Positions 21,176-30,451 of a stretch of 64,000 nt of DNA are shown one piece after another. Under the pieces are notes generated by a model, which had not been told where the DNA came from, did no database searches, and saw nothing but the letters and a program-made list of their open reading frames with translations. How positions within the stretch are numbered: the stretch's first letter is position 1; the number at the start of each line of letters is the position of its first letter. Made by a program: the position numbers and the translations under genes. Source of the stretch: Candidatus Adlerbacteria bacterium (GTDB lineage Bacteria; Patescibacteriota; Minisyncoccia; Phycocordibacterales; SBAW01); the NCBI GenBank assembly GCA_028286685.1, contig JAQBRA010000002.1, forward strand, positions 129,073-193,072. The letters are read 5' to 3'.

Positions 21176-21206
21176 GCGTCACTATCCACACCTCCTCTAA
21201 ATCTAA

Positions 21207-22778
21207 CTACTTTATCCCCCGCATGACCCAGTAGGGCTCTGCCAGGCTTTCGGAACCGTACACACCCACATCCCAGGCCGTATCGTCTATGACTAATTCG
21301 TAGCGGTATGACGGATTAAACATAACAGGAGAGCCGTTAAAGTTCTGCCCATTCGCCGGAGGATTACTGAAGTTGGCAGTCCAATACTTGTTGCCGGTCC
21401 TCTGAGAAGCTTCTTCGGCAATAATGTCAGTGCGGCCTAAGAGTGCGGGACGCTTTATAGCTAAGTCTGGGCGACTCTCCTGAGTTGCTGCTTCAACCCA
21501 ATCAGGGCAAGCATCCCCTGCTTCGGTATAGCACCTAATCATGATAAACCAGATGTGCTGAGGAGTGACCAGATTTGTTTCGTCCCTTGCGATAGTTATA
21601 GACTGTAGCGCTCCCCCGCCGAGCGTTGAGCCCTCTCCCAGATCGATTATTGCCTGGTTAGTTTCTTGGCCCAGCTTGTTGATATCATGCCCGTTAACGA
21701 AGCTGAGTTTATCGTCGTCATTGCAGTAAAGCCAGGAGCTCCCGCACAAGAAGGACTCGTCATTCTGCTCCTTCATAGTGTAGATAACAGGCTCTGGGGT
21801 AGTTATTTCCTCCTGATAAACGCCAACTGCAAAAGTGCTCGAGGCCGTATTGCCTGCCGCGTCGCTTGCGGTACAGGTAACGGTAGTGGTACCCAAGACG
21901 AAGGCTGAACCGGATGCAGGCTCGCAAGCTACAACAACTTCACTATCGCGATTGTCGGTAGCCGTAGGGAGCTCGTAGGAAATCTCTATGCTCTCTTGGG
22001 TAGTGGTGGCTACAACATCGGCATGCGGGGCGATAACCGGGGCCGTGGTGTCTGGAATCGCCGTGGCAGTAACGACTACCTTAAACGAGCTGGTAGCCGT
22101 ATTGTTTGCAGCGTCCTTGGCGGTGCAGGCAACCGTGGTAGTACCCAGGGTAAAAGTCGAGCCGGATGCGGGCAGACAGGCTACCGTAACAGTCGCGTCC
22201 ACATTGTCCGTAGCAGTAGGGAGCGCGTAAGAAACCGGGGTGCTCGTTCCTGTAGTAGCGGCTGCAACGTTAGCATGCACTGCAATGACCGGGGCTACGG
22301 TGTCCGAAACTGGAGCCGTAGGCTTGATTACTGTAACCGAGGAACCGTCGGTCGGCGGGCAGAAGCCGATAAACGGCAGGCGCACCGAGGAGCATAAGGA
22401 AATGTTGCCGGCCGTGTCCACCAAGGTCAGGAGGTAGGCAACCTTGCCGGTCGGGTCTTTGGATCCGACGGTGTAGGAAGCGTCCCAGCTGTTGCCGGAG
22501 GAGTTGCGCGCCTTAACAAAAATAGCATGGGTATTTACCAGGACTATCGGAGTAACTTTCTCGTTTGCGGTAAAAGTAATCGTAACCTTGTCCCCTGCCT
22601 TAGCCTGGGCAGGATTAGCGTTATTGGAGCCTATGTGGACCGAGACGACAGACGGAGCAGTCTTATCTTTAGGAGTGGACGCTTCAGCTAATACGGGGCT
22701 AAAAAGACCAAGAACCAGCACAAGGGCGGTTAGGGTTTTCATATGCCAAGAGAATAGCATGATCCAATAAAAGCGCAA
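21207..22778 (-). CDS. secreted protein with two tandem HYR (hyalin-repeat, Ig-like) domains
   Basis: ORF track. Two ~80-aa repeats (aa ~158-238 and ~244-320) each carry Y(A/E)LPTATDN(V/R)D...C(L/E)PASGS.F.LGTTTV.CTA.DAAxNTA. The likely start is an internal Met (MKTLTALVLVLG). Confidence 0.75.
   Translation of the reverse strand: MRFYWIMLFSWHMKTLTALVLVLGLFSPVLAEASTPKDKTAPSVVSVHIGSNNANPAQAKAGDKVTITFTANEKVTPIVLVNTHAIFVKARNSSGNSWDASYTVGSKDPTGKVAYLLTLVDTAGNISLCSSVRLPFIGFCPPTDGSSVTVIKPTAPVSDTVAPVIAVHANVAAATTGTSTPVSYALPTATDNVDATVTVACLPASGSTFTLGTTTVACTAKDAANNTATSSFKVVVTATAIPDTTAPVIAPHADVVATTTQESIEISYELPTATDNRDSEVVVACEPASGSAFVLGTTTVTCTASDAAGNTASSTFAVGVYQEEITTPEPVIYTMKEQNDESFLCGSSWLYCNDDDKLSFVNGHDINKLGQETNQAIIDLGEGSTLGGGALQSITIARDETNLVTPQHIWFIMIRCYTEAGDACPDWVEAATQESRPDLAIKRPALLGRTDIIAEEASQRTGNKYWTANFSNPPANGQNFNGSPVMFNPSYRYELVIDDTAWDVGVYGSESLAEPYWVMRGIK
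21819..22307. repeat. tandem ~243-bp coding repeat (two HYR units)
   Basis: The two protein repeats map to adjacent ~243-nt DNA units. The six-frame track shows mirrored ORF patterns twice (21988- and 22240-). Confidence 0.7.
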
Positions 22779-22801
22779 GAGTCGTCAAGAGGCTCCCAAA
22801 A

Positions 22802-22826
22802 CAAAACCCGGAATATCCGGGGTTTT
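22802..22826. terminator. terminator hairpin aaaacccggAATATccgggtttt 3' of pilin paralog 1
   Basis: An inverted repeat with flanking A/T runs lies just downstream of the minus-strand stop at 22846. Confidence 0.65.
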
Positions 22827-22845
22827 GTCCGCTATGCATAGAGAA

Positions 22846-23322
22846 TTAATTACAGCCTGCGCCGGTAAACGGAGTTGAGGTTGCACTGCTGACGCAGACC
22901 TCGCCAGCGCCCAAGGTGCCCGCACCAGACTCCAAGTAAGTCCTGATCAGCCAATTGTTGAAATTAGCCGCACCGGTGCCCGCCGTGTTGGATACGGTGT
23001 AGTTGCAGACAGAGACAGGGCTTGCGATACAAGTGCCCGTGCCGGAAGGATCGTTAAATGCGGAGAAGTCCGGAGAGGTGCAGGTAGAAGCAACGCTGTA
23101 CCCTGCAGTCGTGCAAGTAGAGAAAGCTGTAGAAGTGTCAACGCTATTGCTCAGGTTGATAACCCGAACCATCTGGCCGAGCTCGGCTACGCGCTTGGCG
23201 TCGCGGCCCTTGCCGCGTGCGCCGTTAAGGGAAACAAGCACTATAGAGGCCAAAATACCGATAATTGCTATAACGACCAAAAGCTCGATGAGGGTAAAGC
23301 CTCGGGGTTGCTTGTTTTGCAT
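22846..23322 (-). CDS. type IV pilin paralog 1
   Basis: ORF track. The sequence is [44 protein letters not shown]..., whose first ~40 aa are identical to paralog 2. Confidence 0.85.
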   Translation of the reverse strand: MQNKQPRGFTLIELLVVIAIIGILASIVLVSLNGARGKGRDAKRVAELGQMVRVINLSNSVDTSTAFSTCTTAGYSVASTCTSPDFSAFNDPSGTGTCIASPVSVCNYTVSNTAGTGAANFNNWLIRTYLESGAGTLGAGEVCVSSATSTPFTGAGCN

Positions 23323-23380
23323 AGCACCAGTATATCCCGCCCCTCCCCCGCTTAGGCAGCGTGTGGGGATAAGGTGCTAA

Positions 23381-23857
23381 CTAGATGCAGCCTGCGCCCG
23401 TAAAAGGAGTTGTGGTCGCATCGCTTATGCAGACCTTTCCTGAAGGAATGGATCCTGCCCCAGACTCAAGATACGTCTTTATCTGCCAGTTATTAAAGAG
23501 AGCGCCGGCCGTCCCGTCTCGCTTTGACACCGCATAATCGCACGGCGCCGAAAGCGTACCCGTGGTGCAAGCAACAGCGCTGGAAGGGTCAATAAAACTT
23601 CCAAAACTGGGAGAAGAACAGGTACTTGCTCGTGCATAAGCGCCTGTGCAGGTAGAAAAAGCCGCACTGGTATCAACGCTGCTGCTCAGGTTGATTACTC
23701 GTACCATTTGGCCTAACTCTGAAATACGCTTTGCATCACGGCCCTTGCCGCGTGCGCCGTTAAGAGAAACGAGAACGATAGAGGCCAAGATGCCAATGAT
23801 GGCGATGACAACCAGGAGCTCGATGAGGGTAAAGCCTCGGGGTTGCTTGTTTTGCAT
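23381..23857 (-). CDS. type IV pilin paralog 2
   Basis: ORF track. It is a tandem duplicate of paralog 1, with an identical 5' coding region plus 30 nt upstream (agcaccagtatatcccgcccctcccccgc at 23323-23352 and 23858-23887). Confidence 0.85.
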   Translation of the reverse strand: MQNKQPRGFTLIELLVVIAIIGILASIVLVSLNGARGKGRDAKRISELGQMVRVINLSSSVDTSAAFSTCTGAYARASTCSSPSFGSFIDPSSAVACTTGTLSAPCDYAVSKRDGTAGALFNNWQIKTYLESGAGSIPSGKVCISDATTTPFTGAGCI

Positions 23858-23928
23858 AGCACCAGTATATCCCGCCCCTCCCCCGCCTGGCCATCCAGTG
23901 GGGACAAACTGAAGATGCTAAGGAAAAC

Positions 23929-23956
23929 AAAAAACCCGGCTTGGGCCGGGTTTTTT
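23929..23956. terminator. terminator hairpin aaaaaacccggcTTGGgccgggtttttt 3' of pilin paralog 3
   Basis: A GC stem with A-run and T-run flanks. Confidence 0.7.
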
Positions 23957-23976
23957 GTTACTAACAGAAAGTTAGA

Positions 23977-24462
23977 TTAGAGGCACTGGTACGGAGTGGA
24001 GGTTGCGCTGCCGATGCAGACACCGCCAGCGACAAGAGAACCTGCTCCGGTCTCGAGGTAGGTGCGTACGCGCCAGTTCTGGGTGGTCATACCTGTTGCA
24101 ACACCTGCCGCAGTAGACATAACATATTGGCAAGCAGCGGAAAGCGTTCCTGACAACGCACACGAAGCAGTTGCAGTGGTCGGGTCAGAGAACTGGGTCA
24201 AGCTCAAGCCTGTTGCAGTACAGGTGCTTACGCTGCCGACCAACGGAGAGACACCCGAACAAGTAATGGGCGCTGCAGGGTCGGTGTCAGCAACTGCTAC
24301 CGCGCGGGCGATCTGCTGGAGCTCGGCTACACGCTTCGCATCACGGCCCTTGCCGCGTGCGCCGTTAAGAGAAACGAGAACGATAGAGGCCAAGATGCCA
24401 ATGATGGCGATGACAACCAGGAGCTCGATGAGGGTAAAGCCTCGGGAGAACTTTTTATGCAT
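23977..24462 (-). CDS. type IV pilin paralog 3
   Basis: ORF track. Sequence [44 protein letters not shown]... Confidence 0.85.
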   Translation of the reverse strand: MHKKFSRGFTLIELLVVIAIIGILASIVLVSLNGARGKGRDAKRVAELQQIARAVAVADTDPAAPITCSGVSPLVGSVSTCTATGLSLTQFSDPTTATASCALSGTLSAACQYVMSTAAGVATGMTTQNWRVRTYLETGAGSLVAGGVCIGSATSTPYQCL

Positions 24463-24592
24463 ATGCTTAAACTAAGTAATAAATCTGCGATTAATGGATA
24501 GGCCGCAGGTAGCCCTAGTATAGCTGCCCTCTGGAAGGCCTCATAGAGACCCTGTGGATAGCTCTCCTTAAGCGACCCCCGGAAGACCCCGA

Positions 24593-25810
24593 CTAGAGGG
24601 CCGAGGCGGTGTTGTATATAGGGAGGAGCACGGCAGCCAAGAGGAAGCCGACACCCAAAGCGAGCGCCACAATGAGTGCCGGCTCGATAAGGGAAACGAG
24701 GGTATCAACCGCGGCATTAACCTCGCGGTTGTAGAACTTGGCCAGGCGTTCGAGCAGGGTCCCCATCTCGCCAGTCTCCTCGCCGATCTGGACCATCTGG
24801 GCAAATATGGCCGGAACGTCGCCGGGACTGTAGCGCGCCAAGGCCTGGGAGAGCGGCGCGCCGCCCTTAACCGAGTCTATCGCGTCGCGCATGATTGCCT
24901 CGTACACGTCGTTTTCCACAACCTCGGCGGTAATCTCCAGAGCGCGCACCATAGCAATGCCCGAGCCGAGCATCACGTTCATGTTGTCGGCAATACGCGC
25001 CAAGAAGAGCTTTTGGTACAGCTGGCCGATGTACGGGACCGAGAGCTGGAGCCGCGAGAGGGCCAGGTGCCCCACCGGCGTCTGCACGTAGCGCCAGATG
25101 AAGTATCCGCTGACAATGAGGCCCACTAAAAGGAATATGCCGTAGTCGATAAGGAAGGTGCTGAACCCGAGAATAATCTGGGTGTAGAGCGGCAGCGCCT
25201 GGCCAGAGTCCGAGAGGATGCCGCCGATCTTCGGAATAACGACCGTGAGCATCAGGACCATGACGCCCACGAACGTAACCATGATAAACGCCGGGTAAAT
25301 AAGGGCGTTGCGGGCCTTGGCAGTAAGCTCGTAGCTACGGTCGATATAATCGGCCAAGAAGAGGAAGGTCTGGTCCAGCTTGCCCGACTCCTCGCCGGCA
25401 CGGACCATGTTCGTATAGAAAGACGAGAAGACCTTAGGGTGTTTGGCCAAAGAAACCGATATAGAGTTGCCGCCCTGCAGGTCGTCGCTAATTTGCGCCA
25501 GCACCTGGCGCAAGTACGGCTTGTCGGCCTGCTCGGCCAAAAGGCGGAAGATGCGCAAGGCGGAAACCTGGGCCTCGAAGAGCGTCGCTATCTGGCGCGA
25601 GAGAAGCACCAGGTTGCGGCTTGATACGCCCTCGAAGAACGACATCTTGCCGAACGATTCCATGAAGGACTTTTCCTGCGCCCCGGTAATGGAGGTAATG
25701 GTGATGCCCTTGCGCTGAACCGCATCAATAGCGCCGTCTTGGGTATTGGCGTTAATGACGCCGCTTTGCGATTTGCCTGCCTGGTCGAGTCCCTCGTACT
25801 TAAATTCCAT
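24593..25810 (-). CDS. pilC: type IV pilus assembly platform protein (GspF family)
   Basis: ORF track, 405 aa. It has two T2SF repeats and 3 TM segments. Confidence 0.9.
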   Translation of the reverse strand: MEFKYEGLDQAGKSQSGVINANTQDGAIDAVQRKGITITSITGAQEKSFMESFGKMSFFEGVSSRNLVLLSRQIATLFEAQVSALRIFRLLAEQADKPYLRQVLAQISDDLQGGNSISVSLAKHPKVFSSFYTNMVRAGEESGKLDQTFLFLADYIDRSYELTAKARNALIYPAFIMVTFVGVMVLMLTVVIPKIGGILSDSGQALPLYTQIILGFSTFLIDYGIFLLVGLIVSGYFIWRYVQTPVGHLALSRLQLSVPYIGQLYQKLFLARIADNMNVMLGSGIAMVRALEITAEVVENDVYEAIMRDAIDSVKGGAPLSQALARYSPGDVPAIFAQMVQIGEETGEMGTLLERLAKFYNREVNAAVDTLVSLIEPALIVALALGVGFLLAAVLLPIYNTASAL

Positions 25811-25819
25811 ATATCTATA

Positions 25820-26881
25820 TTAAATCAGCCTTTGCAGGACGTTAGGGTTCAGCGAGCGGGCGTAGGCGCTCTCGACCGAGATTTCCCCGGCACGCACCAG
25901 GTCGGCCAGCGAGCGGTTCATATCTATCATCCCCTCTTGCGCCCCGGTCTCGATAACCGTCTGTATCTCGTGGGAGCGCTTCTCGCGGATCAGGTTCTGC
26001 ACTGCGGGGTTTGATATCAGAAGCTCGCATGCTGGAATGAGCCCGCCCGAGACACGGGGCACGAGCCGCTGGCTGAATATGCCCGCCAAAGAGCCCGCAA
26101 GCTGTACACGTATCTGGTCTTGCTGCGCCGCCGGGAAGGTGTCGATGATGCGGTCGATAGTCTGCGCCGCATTGTTGGTGTGGAGTGTGGAGAACACCAA
26201 GTGGCCGGTTTCTGCGGCAGTTACCGCTGCGGCCATAGTCTCCGGGTCGCGCATTTCGCCGAGCATAAGCACGTCGACGTCCTGGCGGAAGACGCTGGTA
26301 AGCGCCTGCGGGAAGTCGGTGGTGTCCACGCGTACCTCGCGCTGCTCAATAAGCGACTTTTTGTTTTCAAACAAATATTCGATAGGATCCTCGATCGTTA
26401 CGATATGCTCGGCGCGCTCTTGATTTATCTTTTCAATGAGTGCCGCGAGCGTAGTCGTCTTGCCCTGCCCTACCGGGCCCACTACGAGGAAAAATCCCTG
26501 CTCGCGCCCTGCAAAGGACGCGAGCGCGGGCGGCAGATTTAGTTCAGCCAGCGTGCGTATCTGGCGCGGAATAAGCCGGAGCGCCACGCCGGGGCGCCCC
26601 CGCTCGAAGTACGCATTGCCGCGAAAGCGGGCCTTGTCCCCGTGCGCATAGCTAAAGTCCGCCTCCTGCGCCTGCATAAATTTCTGCTTGCGCTCGGGCG
26701 ATATCATCTCGCCGATGAGACCCATCATGTCCTCTTGGGTAAGCGCCTGCTCGGACAGTATCGGGGTCAGCGACCCTGACACGCGGATGATGGGCTGCAC
26801 CCCGGTCGAGAGGTGCAGGTCGGATGCGCCTTGGGCTATAACGAGCTCGATAAGCGTGTTGAGTTTTGTTTTGTAGTCCAT
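25820..26881 (-). CDS. pilT: type IV pilus retraction ATPase
   Basis: ORF track. It has Walker A GPVGQGKTTT, an Asp box and a His box, with PilT-type length. Confidence 0.9.
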   Translation of the reverse strand: MDYKTKLNTLIELVIAQGASDLHLSTGVQPIIRVSGSLTPILSEQALTQEDMMGLIGEMISPERKQKFMQAQEADFSYAHGDKARFRGNAYFERGRPGVALRLIPRQIRTLAELNLPPALASFAGREQGFFLVVGPVGQGKTTTLAALIEKINQERAEHIVTIEDPIEYLFENKKSLIEQREVRVDTTDFPQALTSVFRQDVDVLMLGEMRDPETMAAAVTAAETGHLVFSTLHTNNAAQTIDRIIDTFPAAQQDQIRVQLAGSLAGIFSQRLVPRVSGGLIPACELLISNPAVQNLIREKRSHEIQTVIETGAQEGMIDMNRSLADLVRAGEISVESAYARSLNPNVLQRLI

Positions 26882-26899
26882 GAAAGTAGCTTTCTCTTA

Positions 26900-28771
26900 T
26901 TACACTTCTACCTCGATTTCTTTTGCCGGAGCGGCGACGGATGCATTGGTTTCTTCCCCGCTTTCAGTAATGGCTACGGGGCTCGGCGCCGCCGCTGCCG
27001 CCGCATCGTCGGCCAGGTCAAATTCGCCGCCCAGGGTGTTTACTTCTTCAAACGGGATCACTCCCTTGGCTGATTTGATGATAGCATCCTCCTTCATGGT
27101 GAGCATGCCGCTTTTGCGCACGATGCCGAACAGTTCGTCCTCGGGCTTGCCCGCCAGAATGGCGCGCTCAAGCTCGGTATTCATATCAAACACTTCAAAG
27201 CAGGCAATGCGTCCGTGGGTGCCCGATGGGCAGTCCGCCGTGGCTTCCAGCCGGTATACCTCCGAGAGGTCGGGCAAATCTTTCTTGTACTCATCCGGCA
27301 GGTCGGCAAATTCCTTCTCGAGCATTTCCTTGGTGCTGCCGTCGACAGTCACTTTCTTGCCGCCGCCCTCGCACAGAGTCTGCACCAGGCGCTGCGCCAC
27401 GCCCAGTATGAGTACCGGCGGAATCAGGTACGGCTCTACGCCCATGTCCAAGAGGCGCGGCACGATGCCCACCGAGTTGTTGGTGTGGATGGTGGAGAGC
27501 ACGAGGTGGCCCGTAAGCGCCGCCTGCACCGCCAGGTTGGCGGTTTCGGAGTCGCGGATCTCGCCGACCATGATGACGTTCGGGTCTTGGCGGAGCGTCG
27601 TGCGCAGGCCGTTGGCGAACGTGTAACCTATTTCCGGCCGCACCTGCGACTGAGAAACGCCCGGGATCACGTACTCGACCGGGTCTTCCAAGGAGAGCAC
27701 GTTGTTGCGCTCGCGGTCGATCTCGTTGAGGAGCGTGTAGAGCGTCGTTGATTTACCCGAGCCGGTCGGGCCGGAAACGAGGATGAGCCCGTAGGGCTTC
27801 TTGATAGCCGATTTGATGAGATTGAGGTTGCGCGGCGTCAGCCCTACGCCGTCGAGCTTCCAGTCCTTGGTCTGCACGCCCAAAATACGCATCACCACCT
27901 TCTCGCCGTAATAGGTCGGGAAGGTCGAGACGCGGAAGTCCACCTTGGTCCCCGACACGCGCGCCGAGAAGCGGCCGTCCTGCGGCTTGCGCTTCTCGTC
28001 CAGGCGCATGTTCGACATAACCTTGATGCGCGCCACGACCGCGCCGTGGACCTTGGGAGGGAGCGTGATGTTGGTCAGGAGCACGCCGTCGACGCGGAAA
28101 CGCACGCGCGTCTGATCTACCAGGGGTTCTATGTGGATGTCGGAGGCGCGCTGCTCGGAGGCATGGCGCAGAATGGTGGCAACGATCTTGGTAACCGGCG
28201 CATCCTCTGACATCGCCGAGGATTCTGTCTCGGTTACCAGTTCCTCGTCTAAGACCACGGAAGCCTTCTCGCCCTTTTTTTCCTGGGCCTGGCTTTCCGC
28301 AATATTTTCAACTTCGAACTCGCCCAGGGCCTTGCCCACCTCGCCCGAGAGCCCCTTATACTGACTGAGCAGCTTCTCAAAGTCGCTCTCGAGGATAAGG
28401 AAGAGTTTGTAGGGCATCCCGACCTTCGAGGATATGAAGGTAAGCGCATCGCGCGCCTCAAGGTTGTCAGGGTCGACAATGCCGACCTCGAGGACACCGT
28501 CCTTGATGCCGATTGGCACTAAGTTGTAATGGCGCGCGGACTCTTCGGGCACGTAGCGCAAAATGTCGAACGGCACCGCAGACTCCCCTATCTCGCGCGT
28601 CGGCACGCCAAAGTACTTGCCTTTGGCCGCCAACAAATCAGAGAGCTTCACGCCGGCCTTCTGCAGTTCAAACTCCGGTTTGGCATCGGGCTTGGCAAGC
28701 AGAACCTCAAGCTCGGGTATCTGTCCCCGCTCGATCAGGCGCGCATCAGCAAGCAATTCAAGAAGATTCAT
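26900..28771 (-). CDS. pilB: type IV pilus assembly ATPase (GspE family) with N-terminal GSPII domain
   Basis: ORF track, 623 aa. It has Walker A GPTGSGKSTT, a tetracysteine-like region and an acidic C-terminal tail. Confidence 0.9.
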   Translation of the reverse strand: MNLLELLADARLIERGQIPELEVLLAKPDAKPEFELQKAGVKLSDLLAAKGKYFGVPTREIGESAVPFDILRYVPEESARHYNLVPIGIKDGVLEVGIVDPDNLEARDALTFISSKVGMPYKLFLILESDFEKLLSQYKGLSGEVGKALGEFEVENIAESQAQEKKGEKASVVLDEELVTETESSAMSEDAPVTKIVATILRHASEQRASDIHIEPLVDQTRVRFRVDGVLLTNITLPPKVHGAVVARIKVMSNMRLDEKRKPQDGRFSARVSGTKVDFRVSTFPTYYGEKVVMRILGVQTKDWKLDGVGLTPRNLNLIKSAIKKPYGLILVSGPTGSGKSTTLYTLLNEIDRERNNVLSLEDPVEYVIPGVSQSQVRPEIGYTFANGLRTTLRQDPNVIMVGEIRDSETANLAVQAALTGHLVLSTIHTNNSVGIVPRLLDMGVEPYLIPPVLILGVAQRLVQTLCEGGGKKVTVDGSTKEMLEKEFADLPDEYKKDLPDLSEVYRLEATADCPSGTHGRIACFEVFDMNTELERAILAGKPEDELFGIVRKSGMLTMKEDAIIKSAKGVIPFEEVNTLGGEFDLADDAAAAAAPSPVAITESGEETNASVAAPAKEIEVEV

Positions 28772-28878
28772 TTATATAAGTATAGCGCGTCCTCTTGAAA
28801 CGGAGGCGCGCTATCAACAAAAACAAGCGGTGCTTTCGTCCCGAGTACGGGACATACGAGTTGTCGCGGACTCCTCCC

Positions 28879-29232
28879 TTAACGTGCAGAGGTGCTCGAG
28901 CCGGTGGTTGTGCCGGTGCTGGCAGGAGGAGTGCTTCCGCTGGAGCCTACCGGAGCAAATGGATTGCGGCGGCCGGCGGCGGCCGGAGGGATAGTCACGC
29001 CGAAATCCGAGAGCGACACGAACAAGGGGTCGCTAAAGACCGAGTTGTCGAGCTTGATCGTGCGCAGGTTGCCCAAGGTCGCCAGGATTTCTTGCGATAC
29101 CGGAGAGCCGTTTGCTTCGTCAGAAGAGAGGAGCGGCGCAGAACCGCCGGAAGAATAGAAATAGAACAGCGCGCCAAGCGCCACCACGACGATACCGATG
29201 ACAACCATATTTTTCTTGAGAAGGGCCATCAT
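28879..29232 (-). CDS. PilP-like small membrane-anchored pilus protein (putative)
   Basis: ORF track, 117 aa with an N-terminal TM helix. It occupies the position after pilMNO and has an RNPF motif near the C-terminus. Confidence 0.45.
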   Translation of the reverse strand: MMALLKKNMVVIGIVVVALGALFYFYSSGGSAPLLSSDEANGSPVSQEILATLGNLRTIKLDNSVFSDPLFVSLSDFGVTIPPAAAGRRNPFAPVGSSGSTPPASTGTTTGSSTSAR

Positions 29233-29237
29233 AAAAA

Positions 29238-29786
29238 TTAGTGGAGCCAGTAGGTCCTAATAGTAAGCGCGAAGGTATATTTGCCCGCTCCTGCCGAGAC
29301 AAAGGACAGTTTCTGCACATCGAGAATGCGCAAGCTGTGCTCGATGTCCTGCAAGAAGATCAGGAAGTCCTCGTACGAAGCGACGACGGAAAAGCCAAGC
29401 GACACCGAGCCCAAGGGATCGCCCGAGGGGCCGATAGAGAGGGCATTCTGCTGGGTCGAGGCATTGGACACCTCGCCCAAGACTACGCTCGAGAGCGAGA
29501 GTCCGCGCCGGGCGGCGATGTTGTTTATGTCGATGATAAGGCGGATGTTGTCGACATTGTCGGGAATAAGGCGCACGAGCTTCTGCTCGTCCTCAGGGCT
29601 GAATGCGTTACGCGCCGACTGCAACTTGTCGCGCAAACCCTTGAGTTCCTGGGATTTGTCGAGCGCGTCGTCGTAGGCCGCAACCTTGGTCTGCGTGGCC
29701 TTAAGCCCCTGATAGGTCGGATTGGTCCACGCCACGAAAAGCCCGATGGCTGCGATAGTGAGTATGACGGGGAGTAGGAAGCGCAT
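29238..29786 (-). CDS. pilO: type IV pilus assembly protein PilO-like
   Basis: ORF track. It has one N-terminal TM helix plus a coiled coil and sits at the third position of the pilMNO array. Confidence 0.7.
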   Translation of the reverse strand: MRFLLPVILTIAAIGLFVAWTNPTYQGLKATQTKVAAYDDALDKSQELKGLRDKLQSARNAFSPEDEQKLVRLIPDNVDNIRLIIDINNIAARRGLSLSSVVLGEVSNASTQQNALSIGPSGDPLGSVSLGFSVVASYEDFLIFLQDIEHSLRILDVQKLSFVSAGAGKYTFALTIRTYWLH

Positions 29787-29787
29787 A

Positions 29788-30384
29788 TTAGTTTTGAGGA
29801 ATCTCGGCGCCGCTAGCGTTGCGGGCGTAACTGAGCAGCGACGGGTCGACCCGGGCCGATACGGAAAATACTACGCGGCCGGAAGAGTCGGTCGTAATGC
29901 CGGAAAATATGACGTCCCGCAAAGCCTTGGCGGCGCTAAACTGGTCGGACTGCAGGGCCAGGCTCGAGAAGGAGTCCGCGACGCCGGCCATCAAGAGCTT
30001 GGCCGAGCCGTCGCCGCTCATTTCCAGGTCGAGCGAGGTAAACTGCACGCGCTCAAGCGTCGTCGCCGAGAGGAAGGTGAACACGCCCGAGGGCGCCACA
30101 TGCCTCCCCAGGAGCTCCTGCGCCTGGTCGAGCCGCATATCAAGACGCTCGAGGTCTTGTATGGAGCGGGTATCAAAGGCTCCTTCCGCTTTTTTAAGAG
30201 ACTCGTCCTTGCTGGCCAAAGCCGAGTCCAGGTATTGGCCGTAGGCAAATGCCCCGCCGGCCGCCGCGAGCGATATCACAAACAAGAGTATCGAGAGGAA
30301 GGTTACGAGTCCGCCTCCGCCGCGAGAGGTCTCCCCTACCAGGGGCTTCTTAGGTATGAACGATGTGGGCACTTGCGGATCCAT
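29788..30384 (-). CDS. pilN: type IV pilus assembly protein PilN-like
   Basis: ORF track. It has a short cytoplasmic N-terminus and a single TM helix, consistent with PilN. Confidence 0.7.
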   Translation of the reverse strand: MDPQVPTSFIPKKPLVGETSRGGGGLVTFLSILLFVISLAAAGGAFAYGQYLDSALASKDESLKKAEGAFDTRSIQDLERLDMRLDQAQELLGRHVAPSGVFTFLSATTLERVQFTSLDLEMSGDGSAKLLMAGVADSFSSLALQSDQFSAAKALRDVIFSGITTDSSGRVVFSVSARVDPSLLSYARNASGAEIPQN

Positions 30385-30451
30385 TTAGATACAGTATATA
30401 GCGCAAAATTTAGCAAGCTCCTTCATATCAACACATGAGCCTTTAAAAGCC

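Noticed and set aside
22846-24462. Repeated ~150-bp blocks at 23170-23352, 23705-23887 and 24310-24462 that could be mistaken for a CRISPR-like array
   Set aside because: They are the conserved N-terminal coding regions of three pilin paralogs, protein-coding and in frame. The spacing is ~535 bp, not 30-40 bp, and no cas genes are present.
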